A stretch of DNA of 64,000 nt from the human T2T-CHM13v2.0 reference genome, Homo sapiens, in the NCBI RefSeq assembly GCF_009914755.1, contig NC_060928.1, one strand, 5' to 3'. The notes beneath the pieces were generated by a model. The model saw nothing but the letters and a program-made list of their open reading frames with translations. It was not told the origin of the DNA and ran no database searches. Position 1 is the first letter of the stretch; every line of letters begins with the position of its first letter. This document shows, one piece after another, positions 29,515 through 45,420 of the stretch. Both the position numbers and the translations under genes were made by a program.

Positions 29515-30103
29515 TTAAATTATTTTTTATTAATTTTGTGTTCTTTTTTATTTTAATAGCTTTTGGGGTACAAGTGGTTTTTTTGTTACATGGATGAATT
29601 ATATAGTGGTGAATTCTGAGGTTTTAGTGCATCTGTCACCTGAGTAGTGTATATTGTACCTAATGTGCAGTTTGTATTCCTAGCCTCACTCCCACGTTCC
29701 CCCTTCTGAGCCTCTAAAGTTTATTATATCATTCTGTATGCCTTTGCATACTCATAGCTTAGCTCCCACTTGTAAGTGAGAATATACAATGTTTGGTTTT
29801 CTCTTCCTGAGTTACTTCACTTAAAATAATGGCCTCCAACTCCATCCAAATATCTGCAAAAGACATTATTTCACTCTTTTTAATGGCTGAGAAGTATTCT
29901 ATGGTGTGTGTGTATATATATATGTGATATATATAAATATATATCACACTTTATTTATGCACTCATTAATCAATGGGTACTTAGGTTGGTTCCACATTTT
30001 TGCAGTTGTAAATCATGTTACTATAAACATACATGCGCAAGTGTATTTTTAATATGACGACTTCTTTTCCTTTGGGTTGACATCTAGCAGTGGGATTGCT
30101 GGA
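29515..30103 (-). mobile_element. L1PB-like 3' fragment
   Basis: ttttggggtacaagtggttttt...tacatggatgaattatatagtggtgaa; probable TSD tgatctatc at 29498 and 30104. Confidence 0.85.
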
Positions 30104-30131
30104 TGATCTATCCGTTGTTAAAAGTGGGGTA

Positions 30132-30600
<469 letters not shown>

Positions 30601-32139
30601 TTATATCTCATCAGGTGTAAGTATAGCTACTCCTTCTCTCTTTATTATTTGCATGGAATATCTTCTTCCATTGCTTTACTTTCAGCCTATGTGTCCTTAA
30701 AGCTTAACTGGGTGTCTTGTAGGCAGCATATAGTTGGATCTTGTTTTTATTCATTCAACCATTCTATGTCTTTTAACTAGAGAAATTAATTTATTTGTAT
30801 CCAAGGTCATTATTGATAGGTAAGGACTCATTGCTGTCATTTTGTTATTTGTTTTCTGATTATTGGTAGCTTCGTTTCTTTCTCTCTCATTGTCTACCTT
30901 TGTAATTTGGTAATTTTCTGTAGTGTTAATCCTTGATTCTTTTCTCTTTATCATTTATATACCTGCTGTAGTTTCTTATGTTGTGGTTACCATGAATCTT
31001 CCATAAAACACCTTATAATCAACTATTTTAAGCAGATAATAACTTAAATTCTGTTGCATACAAAAACTCTATACATTTACCTTTCCCCTCACAATTTGCT
31101 TTTGATGTCACAATTTTCATCTTTTAATATTGTATATTTATTAACAACTTGTTATACGTTTAGTTATTTTTGACCATTTTGACATTTAACCGTCATGCTA
31201 GAGATACACATGATTTACACACCACTATTACAGTATTAGAGTGTTCCTGATTTTACTATGTATTTACCTCTTCAGTGAGTTTATACTTTATAGATATGTC
31301 ATATGTATTTATAATAGTAATTGTCATTTTTTAAGATTCCCATTTGAAGAACTCCTTTAAGCATTTCTTGTAAGGCAGGTCTAGTGGTGATGAATTCCTT
31401 CAGCTTTTCTTGTCTGGGAACAATTTTATTTCCCCATTTTGAAGGAGAGCTTTGTTGAACATAGTATAGTTGGCTAGCAATGCTTTTGTTCTTTCAGCTC
31501 TTTAAATATATTATTCAATCTCTCTTGATCTGCAAGGTTTCTATTGAGAAATCCACTGATAACCTAATGGCAATTCCTTTACATGTGATTTGATGCTTTT
31601 CTCTTGTTGCTTTTAAATTTCTCTTTGTCTTTGACTTTGAAGAGTCTGGTTATAATGTGTCTTAGAGAGGATCTCTTTGGGTTGTATATTTTGGAGGGCC
31701 TTTGAGCTTTATGAATCCAAATGTCTATATCTCTTTTAAGATGTGGGAAATTTTCAGCAATTATTTTATTAAATAAGCTTTCTGTCTCTTTCTTTGTCTC
31801 TTTTTCTTTTGTAGAATGTGCTTGCTTAATGGTGTTCCATAAGTCTTGTAGGCTGTCTTACTATTTTTTATTCTTTTTCCTCTGATGGAGTAATTTCAGA
31901 AGACCTATCTTTAACTTCACAGATTTTATCTTCTGATTGATCTCGTCTGCTCTTGAAGTTCTCTAATAAATTTTTTATTTCATTGATTGAATTCTTCAGC
32001 TTCAAGATTTCTGTTTGGTTCTTTTTATATCTGTCTTTTCATTGAATTTCCTAATTATATAATGAATTGTTTTCCTGATTTTATTAAATTGTCTATTTGT
32101 ATTCTCTTGAATCTCCAAGTTTCCTTCAGTTCATTATTT

Positions 32140-32449
32140 AATTTTATTTCATTTTTATTATTTTTCTGAGACAAAGTCTCACTCTGTCACCCAGGCTAGA
32201 GTGCAGTGGTGCAATCTTGGCTCACTGAAATCTCCACCTCCCAGATTCAAGAGATTCTCCTGCCTCAGCCTCCCAAGTAGCTGGCATTACAGGTGTGTGC
32301 CACCACACATGGCTAATTTTTGTATTTTTAGTAGAGACAGGGTTTTGCCATGTTGGCCAGGCTGGTTTTGAACTCCTGACTTCAAGTGATCTGCCCATCT
32401 CAGCTTCCCAAAGTGTTGGGATCACAGGCATTAGCCACCACACCCAGCC
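32140..32449 (-). mobile_element. AluS SINE
   Basis: Full reverse Alu; imperfect TSD cagttcatta/cagctcatta. Confidence 0.93.
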
Positions 32450-35400
32450 CAGCTCATTACTTTAAATCACTTTTCAGAGAGTTTGTAATTTCTGCTTCTT
32501 TGTCGCTAGTTATTGGAGAACTATGATTTCCGTGTGGTACCATGCTTCCTTGCTTTCATGTTCCTTGTGTCCCTGCATTGATGTCTGCACATTTAGTGAT
32601 GTAGTTTCCTTTTTCAAACTCTAGTAGGGGAAGACTTTCAGTTGCATATGGGTCTGAGGCTGCCAGTTGGGCAGGGCGCCTCTGGTTACATGTAGGCACA
32701 GTGGGGTAATCAATGTGCAGCTTCTTTAGTTGTGATCAATGTCAGCAATGAATGTAGGTGCCTCAGTGGCCTAGTTTGTAGGTTGCTAGGGCAAAGGCTT
32801 AACAATTCTCCTGTTCTTGTCTTTCCCACAGTGGGGAGTCTTAGCTGAAGAAAACTATTTTTGTGTTTGGTCTGATATGGCCCACAGGCAACCATAGCAG
32901 CACTGGGAGCCAGGGCATAGGTGATCAGAGTAGCTGTGGATATAGGTCATGGGCTCAGGGTCTTGTGAGACTACTGTAGCACCTTGGACTTGAGGCACAG
33001 GTTCACTTTCCAAGATACAAATGAATGCAGTTTCCCCAGTAAGGCAGGGTCTGTTCCTCTGAGGTGCACCTCACCATCTTAGGCCCAGAGTGCTGAAATA
33101 TAGCTGAGGTTGTGACCCTGGTGGACATGGGACACCACTGGCACAGCTTGGTAGAAAAAGGAGTTCTCTAGAAGCTTGGGTCCAGGGAGCAGAGAATAGC
33201 TGTAATTTGGGACCAGGAGTCAACAGAGGTCAGCAAAAATGTAGACACTTAGCGATGAGGTACTATGTAGTGGTGACTCTGGACCCTGGGATGGTGGGAC
33301 ATATCACTACCCCAGGCTCTATGAGGCCAGGTACAGCAGCAGCAATGATGCAGAAATGGCAAGACACTGCTGTAGCTTGGACCTTGGTGGGAGGGGTGCA
33401 GCACAGCACCAGTCCCCCAAGAGGCAGCATGTCAGACTGCAGGGGTGTAGTGCAATTTTGGGTGGGCAGGCATGTGGCTGTTCAGCCTGGAGGGCAGGGT
33501 GGCACAGCTCAAGCCAGGCCTTATTTCTTTGGGATGTGTTGTGCCACATCTGTCTGGCCCCAGAAATCATGTCCATATGGGTCAGTGGAGCCTCTGGATG
33601 CCTGTGGGGTACGGTACTACATTAGCTATGGCACTGGGGTGTGCAATTATTCTTGTGTGCCAAAGGCTCTGAGCCCCTGTGGGTAGCATGCTGTCTTATC
33701 TGTGGTGCCAGGGCTGGGAGTTTACTGCTCTAGTGTAAGTCTGTGATCCTGGATGGTGGTGGTGGGGTATGCTGCCTCATCTATGGCATTGAGGGGCATG
33801 ACTGCTCTGGTGTGCAGAAGACCTGAGGTCCCTGAGGGTTGGAGCGCCATTTCAGTTCAGTCCTGAGAGGAGAGTGCACAGTAACTGGAATGTGGGGAGT
33901 GGAGTAGCTCCACGGAACTTGGCCCTAGAGGGTAGGAAGTAGTAGCAGCTTGGCTGGTGGATGGTATGCTATTATATGGCTTGTTGCAGTGGTAACAAAA
34001 CATCAGGGATGGAGGGGTGCAATGCATACTCATGCTTGGAGCAGGATGCACTTGTTCCCAAGATTGTACAGGGCAGTAGCAGCAGGAGCCATGAGACAAG
34101 AGGTAGGGGCTGAGAAGAGGAGGGAGGGCCACAGCATCAGCTCCTTCTCTAGGGATAGCTCAGTATGTAGACTCTGGGGAGCACCCTCAGCTGGGCTCAA
34201 ACCCTATAAGGACTGCAGAAGTCTCTAGTGCAAAGACTGCATGTATCTGTGGAGATGATGGAGGTTGTTGGGGTCCTCTTGCTTACCTTTTTCCTGCAGA
34301 AAGGGGTCTCTTCTGGTTTTGAGTTGATCCCAACTAGGGAAATGGGATGGCAGAGGCAAGGTGTTTCCTCCTGTTTCCTATGTGGCCATCCTGTGTTTCA
34401 GTGGTCTACAGGATTTCTGCTGCTGTTCTCCAGAGCTTTCCTTTAGTTATTTTGATCAAGATGTAGTTGCTTATTCATTATTTTTAGTTTTTTGTGGGAA
34501 GTGGGAAGAGCACTAGAAGCTTTTAGTTGGCCATCTTGCTGATGTCACCAACATGGATCTATTTTTGTTTTATAATGTTAAAATACTATATCTATGTACA
34601 ATTTGTCATAATTTACATTTTATATAGAATCCTTACTTATTTTTAATCTCCCAAAAAGGTTCTACATAAAATCATCATCAATTTCTAGACGCTTAATAAT
34701 AGTTTTTGAAGTCGTTGTAAAAATGTAACTTTTCAAGGAAATTAAAACTAGCTGCATAATGTTAAAGAAAATATCAAATGTGAGAACTGTGTGTGATATA
34801 TTCAAAGACTGAATCCATATTTGCTTATATTTATAGAAAGGAAACAGGACTAGTAATTCTATGGGCTGTAATTTTATGTCAACTTCTACCTAAAACAGAA
34901 ATATGAATTATTTTTAATAATATGCCTGCCTTTAATCGCATGGATGAATATTTCACAAATTTGGTATTTTAACATCTTTGATGCCAAATACATAAAACTA
35001 AAGAAGTCTTTAATCTGAAAAAAACCAGAAGTATAAAGAATACCCTGTTAATAAATTTGTTAATTCATCTTTTGGGGGATGGTGTTTCCTGATTTAGTCT
35101 TTAGCTGCAATTCATATTTGAAGTTTGAATGTAAAAAAATGAGACTCAATTTTCTAGTGGCTTATAGGACCAGTCTCATTTCTTTTTAATCCACTACGCA
35201 AATAAATTGTTTGTTACTTATTTGGCTTAGGAAAATTAGTTTACATAACTCGAAAAATAAAAATAGCCTAAATGAGCTTTTGTTCCACAAAAATCAATTA
35301 AACTTATAGCTGGCATTTTGTAAATAAAATTTATTTAAACAAAATGAAGGATCCTTCAGTCCCTCCTTAAAGAGAACTGACAATTTGGCTGCTTCCCAAT

Positions 35401-35869
35401 TCTTCAACTCTGACTTCTCCTTGATAGTCAATCTGTGAAGCAGAGGGAAAAAAATCTCTTCCCAGAACTGCATCAGTCTTCTCTGACTGGATGCACTGTT
35501 TTTGTTTTGTTTTGCTGTTTTTCCTCTAGTGCCTGCCAATTTTTAGCCTATGAAGATGGAAATAATAAAAAATATGGTGATTAATGAATTAAAAAAATGG
35601 TGATTAGTGGAGTAAAGGGAATTAATAATATAAAAATAACTTCTTTAATAATGAGATATATGATATAGAAGAAGATAATTATTAAAAGTTAAAAGCATAA
35701 TAATTTGATTCAAATTCCTTGAACACAAGAGGTAGAAGTTAGACTAAGGTGATTACTTAGAATATTTGCTGTGAAAATAGAGCACCCATAATTTTTAGTG
35801 TCACTCATAATTTTTTTAATTTTCTAATTTTTAAAAAGTTTTATGAACCTATAGGTTTATTTCATATTT

Positions 35870-36160
35870 TTAGTTTATTTATTTTCATTTTTAAACTTTA
35901 ATTTTAGTCTCAGGGATACACATGCAGGTTTGCTATATAGGTAAACTCGTGTCATGGGGAGTTGTTGTACCAATTATTTTATCACCCAGGTATTAAGCCT
36001 AGTACCCAATAGTTATTCTTAATGCTCCTCTCCCTCCTCCTACCCTCCACCCTCAGGTAGACCCCAGTTTCTGTTGTTTCCTTCTTTGTGCTCATGAATT
36101 CTCATCATCTAGATCCCACTTGTAAGTGAGAACATGCGGAATTTGGTTTTCTGTTCCTGT
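35870..36160 (-). mobile_element. Older L1PA 3' end fragment
   Basis: catgcaggtttgctatataggtaaactcgtgtcatgggg...cccacttgtaagtgagaacatgcgg. Confidence 0.88.
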
Positions 36161-36832
36161 TTCATTTAGTTTTCATTTAGTTTACATATATCAAAGATGA
36201 CCAGCACTGAAAGCTTATGAGATTTGTCATTTGTATAAGTACCAGGTAGGATGTAGAAAGATAAAAATCCCTCAGATAACTATGATTTCTGAACAGGAAG
36301 ACTCAACATTGCCATCTTCCCCTGCCCAACGATCTTCAATTCCTATTGCTCCATTATCCAAAAAACATTCAGTCTAAAACTAAGGGTGGCAAATACGAGC
36401 ACTAATTGGAATGATAGCATTTTAGATTGTTAACTGTGGTTTCTAAGGTCATCTTTTTGGATACTATGACCAGATTTTGTTAGAAAGTAAGAGAAGACAT
36501 TTTGTACTTCTGGGAGAGGTCACACTGACAACAGAAACAGATCAAGAACAGTGGGTTTCAGGGCAGAGGACAGAGGGCAATTTCACAGGCTTTTATACAT
36601 TCGCTAGAGCTGGCTCCACTCACCTTAGTCACAGAACACTTAGGCATGTCCTTATATGTTCTCCTGGTCTGCATTTTTTTAAACTCAAGTTTTTCTAAAC
36701 ATTTTATTTGTGATGTAATGTTTTCCCTTGTGCTATTTCTCCCTGCCCCCAAACTGATTGGTGTAATTTGTTTTATTCTTGAGATTTTACCCATGAAAAT
36801 ACTAAGAGAGAGACAGAGAAAAAAGAGCTTAC

Positions 36833-36871
36833 CTGGTATTTCTGTTGTTTTAATTGAACTCTGAGTTTCAG
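36833..36871 (-). CDS. EMCN: Endomucin small mucin exon (about exon 5), (T)ETQSSIKTTEIP(G)
   Basis: tttttccttctaaag|CTGAAACT...ATACCAG|gtaagc; 39 nt, phase 1-1. Confidence 0.95.
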
Positions 36872-37056
36872 CTTTAGAAGGAAAAAAAGAAAAAAAATCA
36901 GTACAATTAAATGTTGAATATCAGATCTATTCTCACAATTGTTTCAGGTGGTAAATGAGTATGAATTTTAGCTCATTTCTGATTCACTATTTTCAAATCA
37001 TAAAATCATGATTCTTCATGATTACAAGAAACTTCAGAGAAGGTTTTTAAGAAAAA

Positions 37057-37266
37057 GTGGTTCAACCGATTTTTCCCTTAAGGGCCAAATTTTTTAGGTT
37101 TTGTGGACCATAAATCTCTGTCATAACTATTCACCTCTGCCTTACACAGAGAAAGCAGCCATACACAGTATCTAAAGAATGGGAATAACTGTGTGCCAAT
37201 AAAACTTTATTTTCAAAAAGTCAGGGTATTCAATTTTGCCCGTGGGCCATAGTTTGCTGAGTCTTG
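37057..37266. mobile_element. MER58A-like hAT-Charlie element
   Basis: aagggcca...aaagcagccata...gtgccaataaaactttatt...gtgggccatagtttgctga. Confidence 0.78.
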
Positions 37267-37619
37267 CTTTATAGGATCTGGTATACCCTCACACTTTGAA
37301 TATCCTGAGATAACATAGAAAACAAAAATCCTTCAGTAAGTGCTTAATGAAAGTGGCTGCCATGTGTTGTAATCCTACTAAGACTTGGTGCATCTCATGA
37401 TCTGTGGAAGAAGCAGCAAAGTTCAGACAGATACTTTTAAAATGTAAGAAATTATTTTATGATATAGTCCAGGAGAGCTTTCTGCAAGGAAAGTCACTTG
37501 GAAGAATTATAATCAAAGATCACTTCAACACCTTTGAGTACATGCAGCATTTTCAAGATTTGGCACATGAAAAATACAGAAAATAATCTTGAAACAAATA
37601 GAAGCCCAATAATGACATT

Positions 37620-38460
37620 TTTAAAAGTCCACTTGCTTCCTTTGTATATTCACTTGACTCTCTACATCAGCATCTTAAATTTAACATGCCCCAAACAGAA
37701 CTCTTGACTGTTATCCTGAAATCTGTCTCTTCCGTTGCTTTCTTGGTTCAATACGTGGTGCCATTTGTTTTCCAGTTGCACAAAACAAAACGTCAGTAGC
37801 CTGTCTTGAGTTGCCTATGTTTCTCACCCTTATCAGCTCTAGTTTCAAAATGTATTCCAAATTCAAACATGTCTCACCACCTTTTCTGCTATTGTCCACC
37901 CAGCACCTGTATCTCTCCCCTGAGAACCTGCAATAGCTGCTTAGGAAAATCTTTTTAAATTTAAACTTCACTGCTCCAATGGCTCCCTATTGCTCCTCAA
38001 CTCATCTCCAACCATTCAGACCCTGTTTCGTTGTACTCCACCTCGTGGCTTTGCTGTGGCAGATTGAAGGCACAAGGCCCTTTCTGCCTTGAAGTTTTCT
38101 TTCCTTCCTTCCTTCCTTCCTTCCTTCCTTCCTTCCTTCCTTCTTTCCTTCCTTCCTTCCTTCCTTCCTTGCTTTCTGGCTTGCTTGCTTGCTTTCTGAC
38201 TCTGCTCAGAAGTCGCTGTTCAGAGAAGTCTCCCCAACCACCTTCACCAAATTGTTTCCACAGACCTTTTCACATCATTCCATCTCATTGCTTCATTCAT
38301 TCAACAGTACTTTTATTACTACCATGTATGTACTTTTGTCTTTAAAAAATTATTATTTTCTGTCAGAACATAACTCCATGGGGGCAGATTTCTTATCTTG
38401 TTCAGAGAAGTGATTCCAGTGCTTACCAGTAGAAACATATGGATAGAATGAATGACAGTA
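37620..38460 (+). mobile_element. L2 fragment containing (CCTT)n at about 38100-38190
   Basis: cttaaatttaacatgccccaaacagaactcttga, ctccatgggggcag, terminal gaatgaatga. Confidence 0.65.
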
Positions 38461-40964
38461 GAAAATAATAATATAAAAAACTAATTCTACCTACCTGATT
38501 TCAACTTTTAAAGAAAAATGAATACTTTATTTAAAATTTCCTAGTTGGATAATTATAGTTACTATTTGTAAGCAACTTTTATGATCAGTTTCATATCTTA
38601 TTAGTTGATACCTATAAGGGAAATATTGTATTTCCATTTTGCAGATCTGTAAACATTAGCTGAGAGTAGTAAAATTAATTTCTTAAGGAAAAAACCAGGT
38701 ATATAGGCCAGGTCTGTTAGCTCTAGTTTTCATCTTCTTTCAGTAAAATGGACAGCTTTTCCTTCCACTAAACTGTTCCAAATAGAAAGTTATGTAATTA
38801 ATTCCTACTTTTGATAACTAATTAAAACACTTTTGAACATGGCATTATGCTGCATTTGAAAGATACAATTAAAATATCTATTAGCTGCAAGAGGGTTAGA
38901 ATACAAGGAAATCAAAATCCTTGTTCCTCTTATTATCAGGTCATAACCTTTCTTGGTAGACTTCACTGAGAAGACAAAACCTTCTGATTATCCCTTCTTT
39001 GAATTATTTTAGCCTTCAAAAATGTGTAATAATTCTAGAGGAACATAATAAAAGAAATATAACTATACATTAAGGTATAGCTGAGTCTTCATAAAACACA
39101 TCACTTCAAAACCCTTCTGTTGAGCAGTGTAAGAGGTTTGGACATTTATATATATAAATGAATACATTGATATTTTGAGGACAAAATTCTGTAAGTCTCA
39201 AATATTTAATCCAGTATAGAATATATTCCTTTTTTCCCTGAAATCAAGAAAATATTTTAAAAATGATAAAGTGTTTTTACATAAATACAACTTTCAAATT
39301 TGGACTCAGTTCTGTGGAAACAAAAGCTTAGTAAAGATGAATGCTATGGAATATGGCTAAAGTTCTGAGAATTAATGAGTGAAGATATTTTCAATTATTC
39401 CTGTTTATTATTTATGACTTTCATGAAACATGTGTTTTTGGGAAAAGGCCAAGCTTTGATCTTAAAAGAATCTCAGAAAAGTCAAATAGCAAATTAGCAG
39501 TGTGCTTAGTTAACCATTCTCAAACTTAGATGTTTAGTAAGGACCCAAAACTTAGTCAAGGTGGTTGGCAACTTACAATCTGTTTGTTGAGTTTAATTTT
39601 TGAATATGAAATTGAAGTCTTATGAAATGTAAATGAATTTTGAAATGCTAATCACATTAATCCAACGTTAAACTTTGCTCAAGCATTTAGTTTTTAAATC
39701 AGAAATCTTGAACAGCAATACAACAAATAACTTTGCTAAATATTCTTATCTCACAAAGGATATTGCAGGATATTTTGAACTAACAGACTTACACCTAGAA
39801 CATGATAATATCATTAACAGGTACAAGAGAAAAATATATACATCTATTCCCATATATAATTATCTACTGATTTGCTGTTGAATAATTTATTATGACCAAT
39901 TCAAATCCTCTTCATCCTTTCTCCATATGGCATTGACTGAGTCATTAGACATGAGAATACTTCTCATCTGGCTAAACCATGACGTCTGACTAAGACTTTA
40001 TCATCCTGAGGAGTACTCTTGTATCTGCCTACTTGAAATGATATAAATTAATTAAATCGCATATGAGAAATGTTATAACTAAGTCTCAAAATAAGTTTCA
40101 TAGACAAATGGTGCAATTCACAAAATAAATATTGAAGCTGGGTGGGTAATTAGATAAATTAGTGTTTTCTAAAGTGTTGGATAGCCTTGTGTGAGAGATT
40201 CTATAAGGTAGTACTGGAAAGCAGCATTAAATAAGATGGAAACATTTAATGGGAAAATTGTTTCCTTTTCAGCTTTCTTGCAGTTTACTTGGTTATTTTA
40301 ATGAGAAAATTCTAAAATTTTCATTGGATGCACATATATTGTTAATATCTAACATGTGCTTATCTTAGTTTATTTTTTTAAAGAACAAGCATGTCTCAAG
40401 CTCAGAACCTCTAGCAAAGAACAAATTCTAGCTAGAATTTTATTTATTTATTTACATAGTAGTGATTTTTATAGCTATTGTTTATTTATGCCAAGCAAAA
40501 CTGGTTTTTCATTTATGGTAGTTTATTTTTCAAACAAATTTAAAAATAAGTGCATCGATTTAAAGAAAAACACTAAAAAAATAATAGCACAGATGATATA
40601 CATCTCTAGCAACACTCATGAAGTTGTGGGAAATATCAGGGTAAAATCTAGTAGAGGTCCTTGATGAATATGAATGTGTAGAATTTGAATCAGCATTTAG
40701 AGGTAGGAGGAGGAAAGAAGGAATAAAAAATATACAAATGGGACAAATGAAAAATATACACATTCAAGTATAAATCAGGCATAGTGGGCAAGAGGACCAC
40801 CCTGGTTAGAATTGCAGGTTTAAATTTATTCATTCAGTCAGTATCTTGTCATATATTTATTGAACACCTACTTGTCAAGTGCATGATGCACCTAATTAGA
40901 AGCTAGTTGTTTTCTAATTCCTTAGATTTAGATACTTTGTGTAAAATAGTTTTCATGAGAACAA

Positions 40965-41390
40965 GTGTGGTATAGTGAAAGGTGTATAGGGTTTGAGGCA
41001 AGAAAAACAGGGTTTTAATCTTTTAAATTTAATCTTGGCCAAGTCATTTAGTGTTTCTGAACTTGTTTCCTTATTTGTGAAATTGGTATCATATATACTT
41101 ACTTTGCCTGGCTTTTATGAGAATTACTATGACTAAAAAAATAGCTAACATGTATTGTGTTTTTGTGTGTGTGTTTATTTCTTTATATGATTTATCTCCC
41201 TTAATCTTCACAAAGATCCTGTGAAAGTATAATCCTATTTTAATTATTTTACAGATGAAGAAACTGAGGCACTGAGAAGTTAAGTAGTGAATTAAAAACC
41301 ACACAGCACAAATAACTAGTTGTGCTGTTTTTTGAACGTAAGCAATCAGACATCATAATCACTATTCATAACCAATAAGCTAACTTACTC
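40965..41390. mobile_element. Two adjacent MIR fragments in opposite orientation
   Basis: Plus: cttggccaagtcattta...gtttccttatttgtgaaat; minus: ttttacagatgaagaaactgaggcactgagaagttaagt. Confidence 0.7.
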
Positions 41391-41974
41391 TTGGCATGAT
41401 TGAAGTGCCAAATTTTTATTTTATGAAGGGTATGATGCCTTGAAGAAAAAAGACCTGGGTGTTGGTCACTCTCATGTCCAGCTAGTAGCTTATCTAAAAT
41501 GCGTACTTGGTTATTATAAAATTATCTTTGCTTTTTGTATAAAAATAAACTCCATATTAAACTAAGATAAATTATGCAAAAGGAAATACATTTGATAATT
41601 TATTTATTATATATAAATGTTATCAATTCCTACTAAATAGCATACTGGTTGATTATAAATGTTATTAAGAAAAGCCAGATTATCTTTTCAGGCTTCAAAT
41701 CTCTAATATTGTATTCACTGTGGTAGAAGAAACTCTCACTTGGCAAAACCCTTAAAGGTGTTCCTATCCAAGTACTTGCTTTAGTAGAGTTCTATATTGG
41801 AGTTCCGCACATCCCAATTTATCATCTATCTATAATCTTATTCTGCATTCTTGTCTCAGCCAAGTTACAATTCAGTAAAGGGAAAAAGAGCAATAGTCCC
41901 TCCTTCCCTGCCAATCCTTTACAGTGTGCAAGATATCTCCTTTAAAATCTGGTTATAGATACCAGAATGACTAA

Positions 41975-43522
<1,548 letters not shown>

Positions 43523-45099
43523 GAGTTAATGAGTATGTCGTGTTTTCAAGCCATTAGCAAAAAAAAAAAAAATAGCTCAGGAAGAGAAAAAGATTTGAAG
43601 TTTTGCAAGGAAGTTTTACACTCAATCCCTCCACAGTTTAGCTATTGAAGGGTGGGGGACCTTTGTTATTGACAACTAACACTTCTTTTGAAGCACCCCT
43701 CAGTGACAACCAACGTAGCTCTGCATATAGTCAATGATAAACGTATGGATTATGAAACCTAGGTATAGTGAGGGCTAATGCAAGGACCTGGTCTGTGATG
43801 AGTTAAATGGTGACTCCCTGACCCCCTACTCCCAAAAGATAGGCAGACCTGGAACCTGTGATCTTATTTTTTTAGCAAGAATATAAAACTAATATAGATC
43901 ATCAAGACACTGTGAGATTTCTACTCTAAGTAATCTAAACACAAAAGTCACTATCCTCTTTTGCTAAGCATACAATTTCTTTTTCTGCGGAATGTGTTTT
44001 GGGTGAGAATACCAGATAACTGTCACCAATGATGTCAAAGTATAGATCTTTCTATAAATACTAATTAAACATTTGGTGTCTTGTACTTTCTTTAAGAAAG
44101 TCAAGGTTCAAATAACTCTCTTTATCCCCGATAAAACTCCTTCCTTTGAAACCTTCTCTGTCTGATATTATTGTAGTCCCTTCAACTTTCTTTTAATTAG
44201 TTTTACCAAAGTATACCTTTTCCTGTCTTTTGTTTTTAATAAATTTATACTTAAAGTAGGTTTTCTGAATACTGCACATATTTGGGAAGAGGTTATGCTT
44301 TTTATCCAGTTTAACAATCTTATCTTTATAAATAAAATGTTTAAGCCGTTTTATTTTATGTGATAAATTATTATAATTGATTTTAAGTACACAATCTGAT
44401 TGTAAAAATTTTCCATCTGTTCTCTGTTTCTTTTTTTCTTGTTTATTGCCTTCTTTTGGATTGAGTCTTTTTTTAAGATTTTATTTATCTCCAGTATTGA
44501 TTTTACAACAGTATAGTTATAACCTTTCTCTCATTTTGGCATTTGTGCCATTGTTATACATTTTGTTTCTACATATGTCGTAAACCTTCCATACATTTTT
44601 GTTATTTTATCTTTAAACAATAAATTGTCTTTTGAAGAGACTAAAAATGAGATAAAAGTCTTTCATAGTTGCTCACATATTTACCATTTCTAATGTTCTT
44701 CATGCCTTTATTTAGATTGAAATTTCCATCTGGTACCATATTTTTCTGTTCCTGAATGTCTTTACTGATATGAATTTCGCAGCTTTTATATGTCTGAAAA
44801 AATATTTACAGAATTCTAGGGTGAAAAGTTTTTTTTTTTTTTTCTTCCAGTACTAAAAATGTTGTTTCATTGTTTTCTGGCATGCATTGTTCCTGATGAG
44901 TCTCTGCTGTAATTTTTATCATTGTTCTTCTCTATTTAATGTATAATTTTTTTCAATAGCTTCTTTCAAGATTTTCTCTTTATCTCCGGTTTTCCATGAT
45001 TTGATTATGATGTGCTTTGGTGTAGTTTTCTTCAACTTGGGGCTCTTTAAGTTACCTGAATCTATGGGTTTATAATTTTATACACTTGGATTATCTTCC

Positions 45100-45420
45100 C
45101 TTTTGTTCGTTTTTTCTTTTGTTTTTTTTCTTGAGACAGAGTTTCACTCTGCCACCCAGGCTGGAGTGCAGTGGCATAATCATGGCTCACTGAATTCTCG
45201 ATCTCCCTGGCTCAATCAATCCTCCTGCCTCACCCTCCCAAGTAGCTGGGAATACAGGTGCCTGCCACTATGCCTGTCTAATTTTTGTATTTTTTGTAGA
45301 GACAGGGTTTCACCACGTTGTCCAGGCTGGTCTCAAACTCCTGGGCTCAAGCGATTTGCCCACTTTGGACTCTCAAGTGTTGGAACTACTTTGGGGTTGG
45401 GGAGACACCACACCTGGCCC
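45100..45420 (-). mobile_element. AluJ-like SINE
   Basis: Reverse Alu with aaactcctgggctcaagcgat. Confidence 0.88.

Noticed and set aside
32700-34450. GC-rich region with many overlapping ORFs as a gene or CpG island
   Set aside because: CpG-depleted and positioned as the 5'UTR of the old minus-strand L1; ORFs reflect stop scarcity in GC-rich DNA
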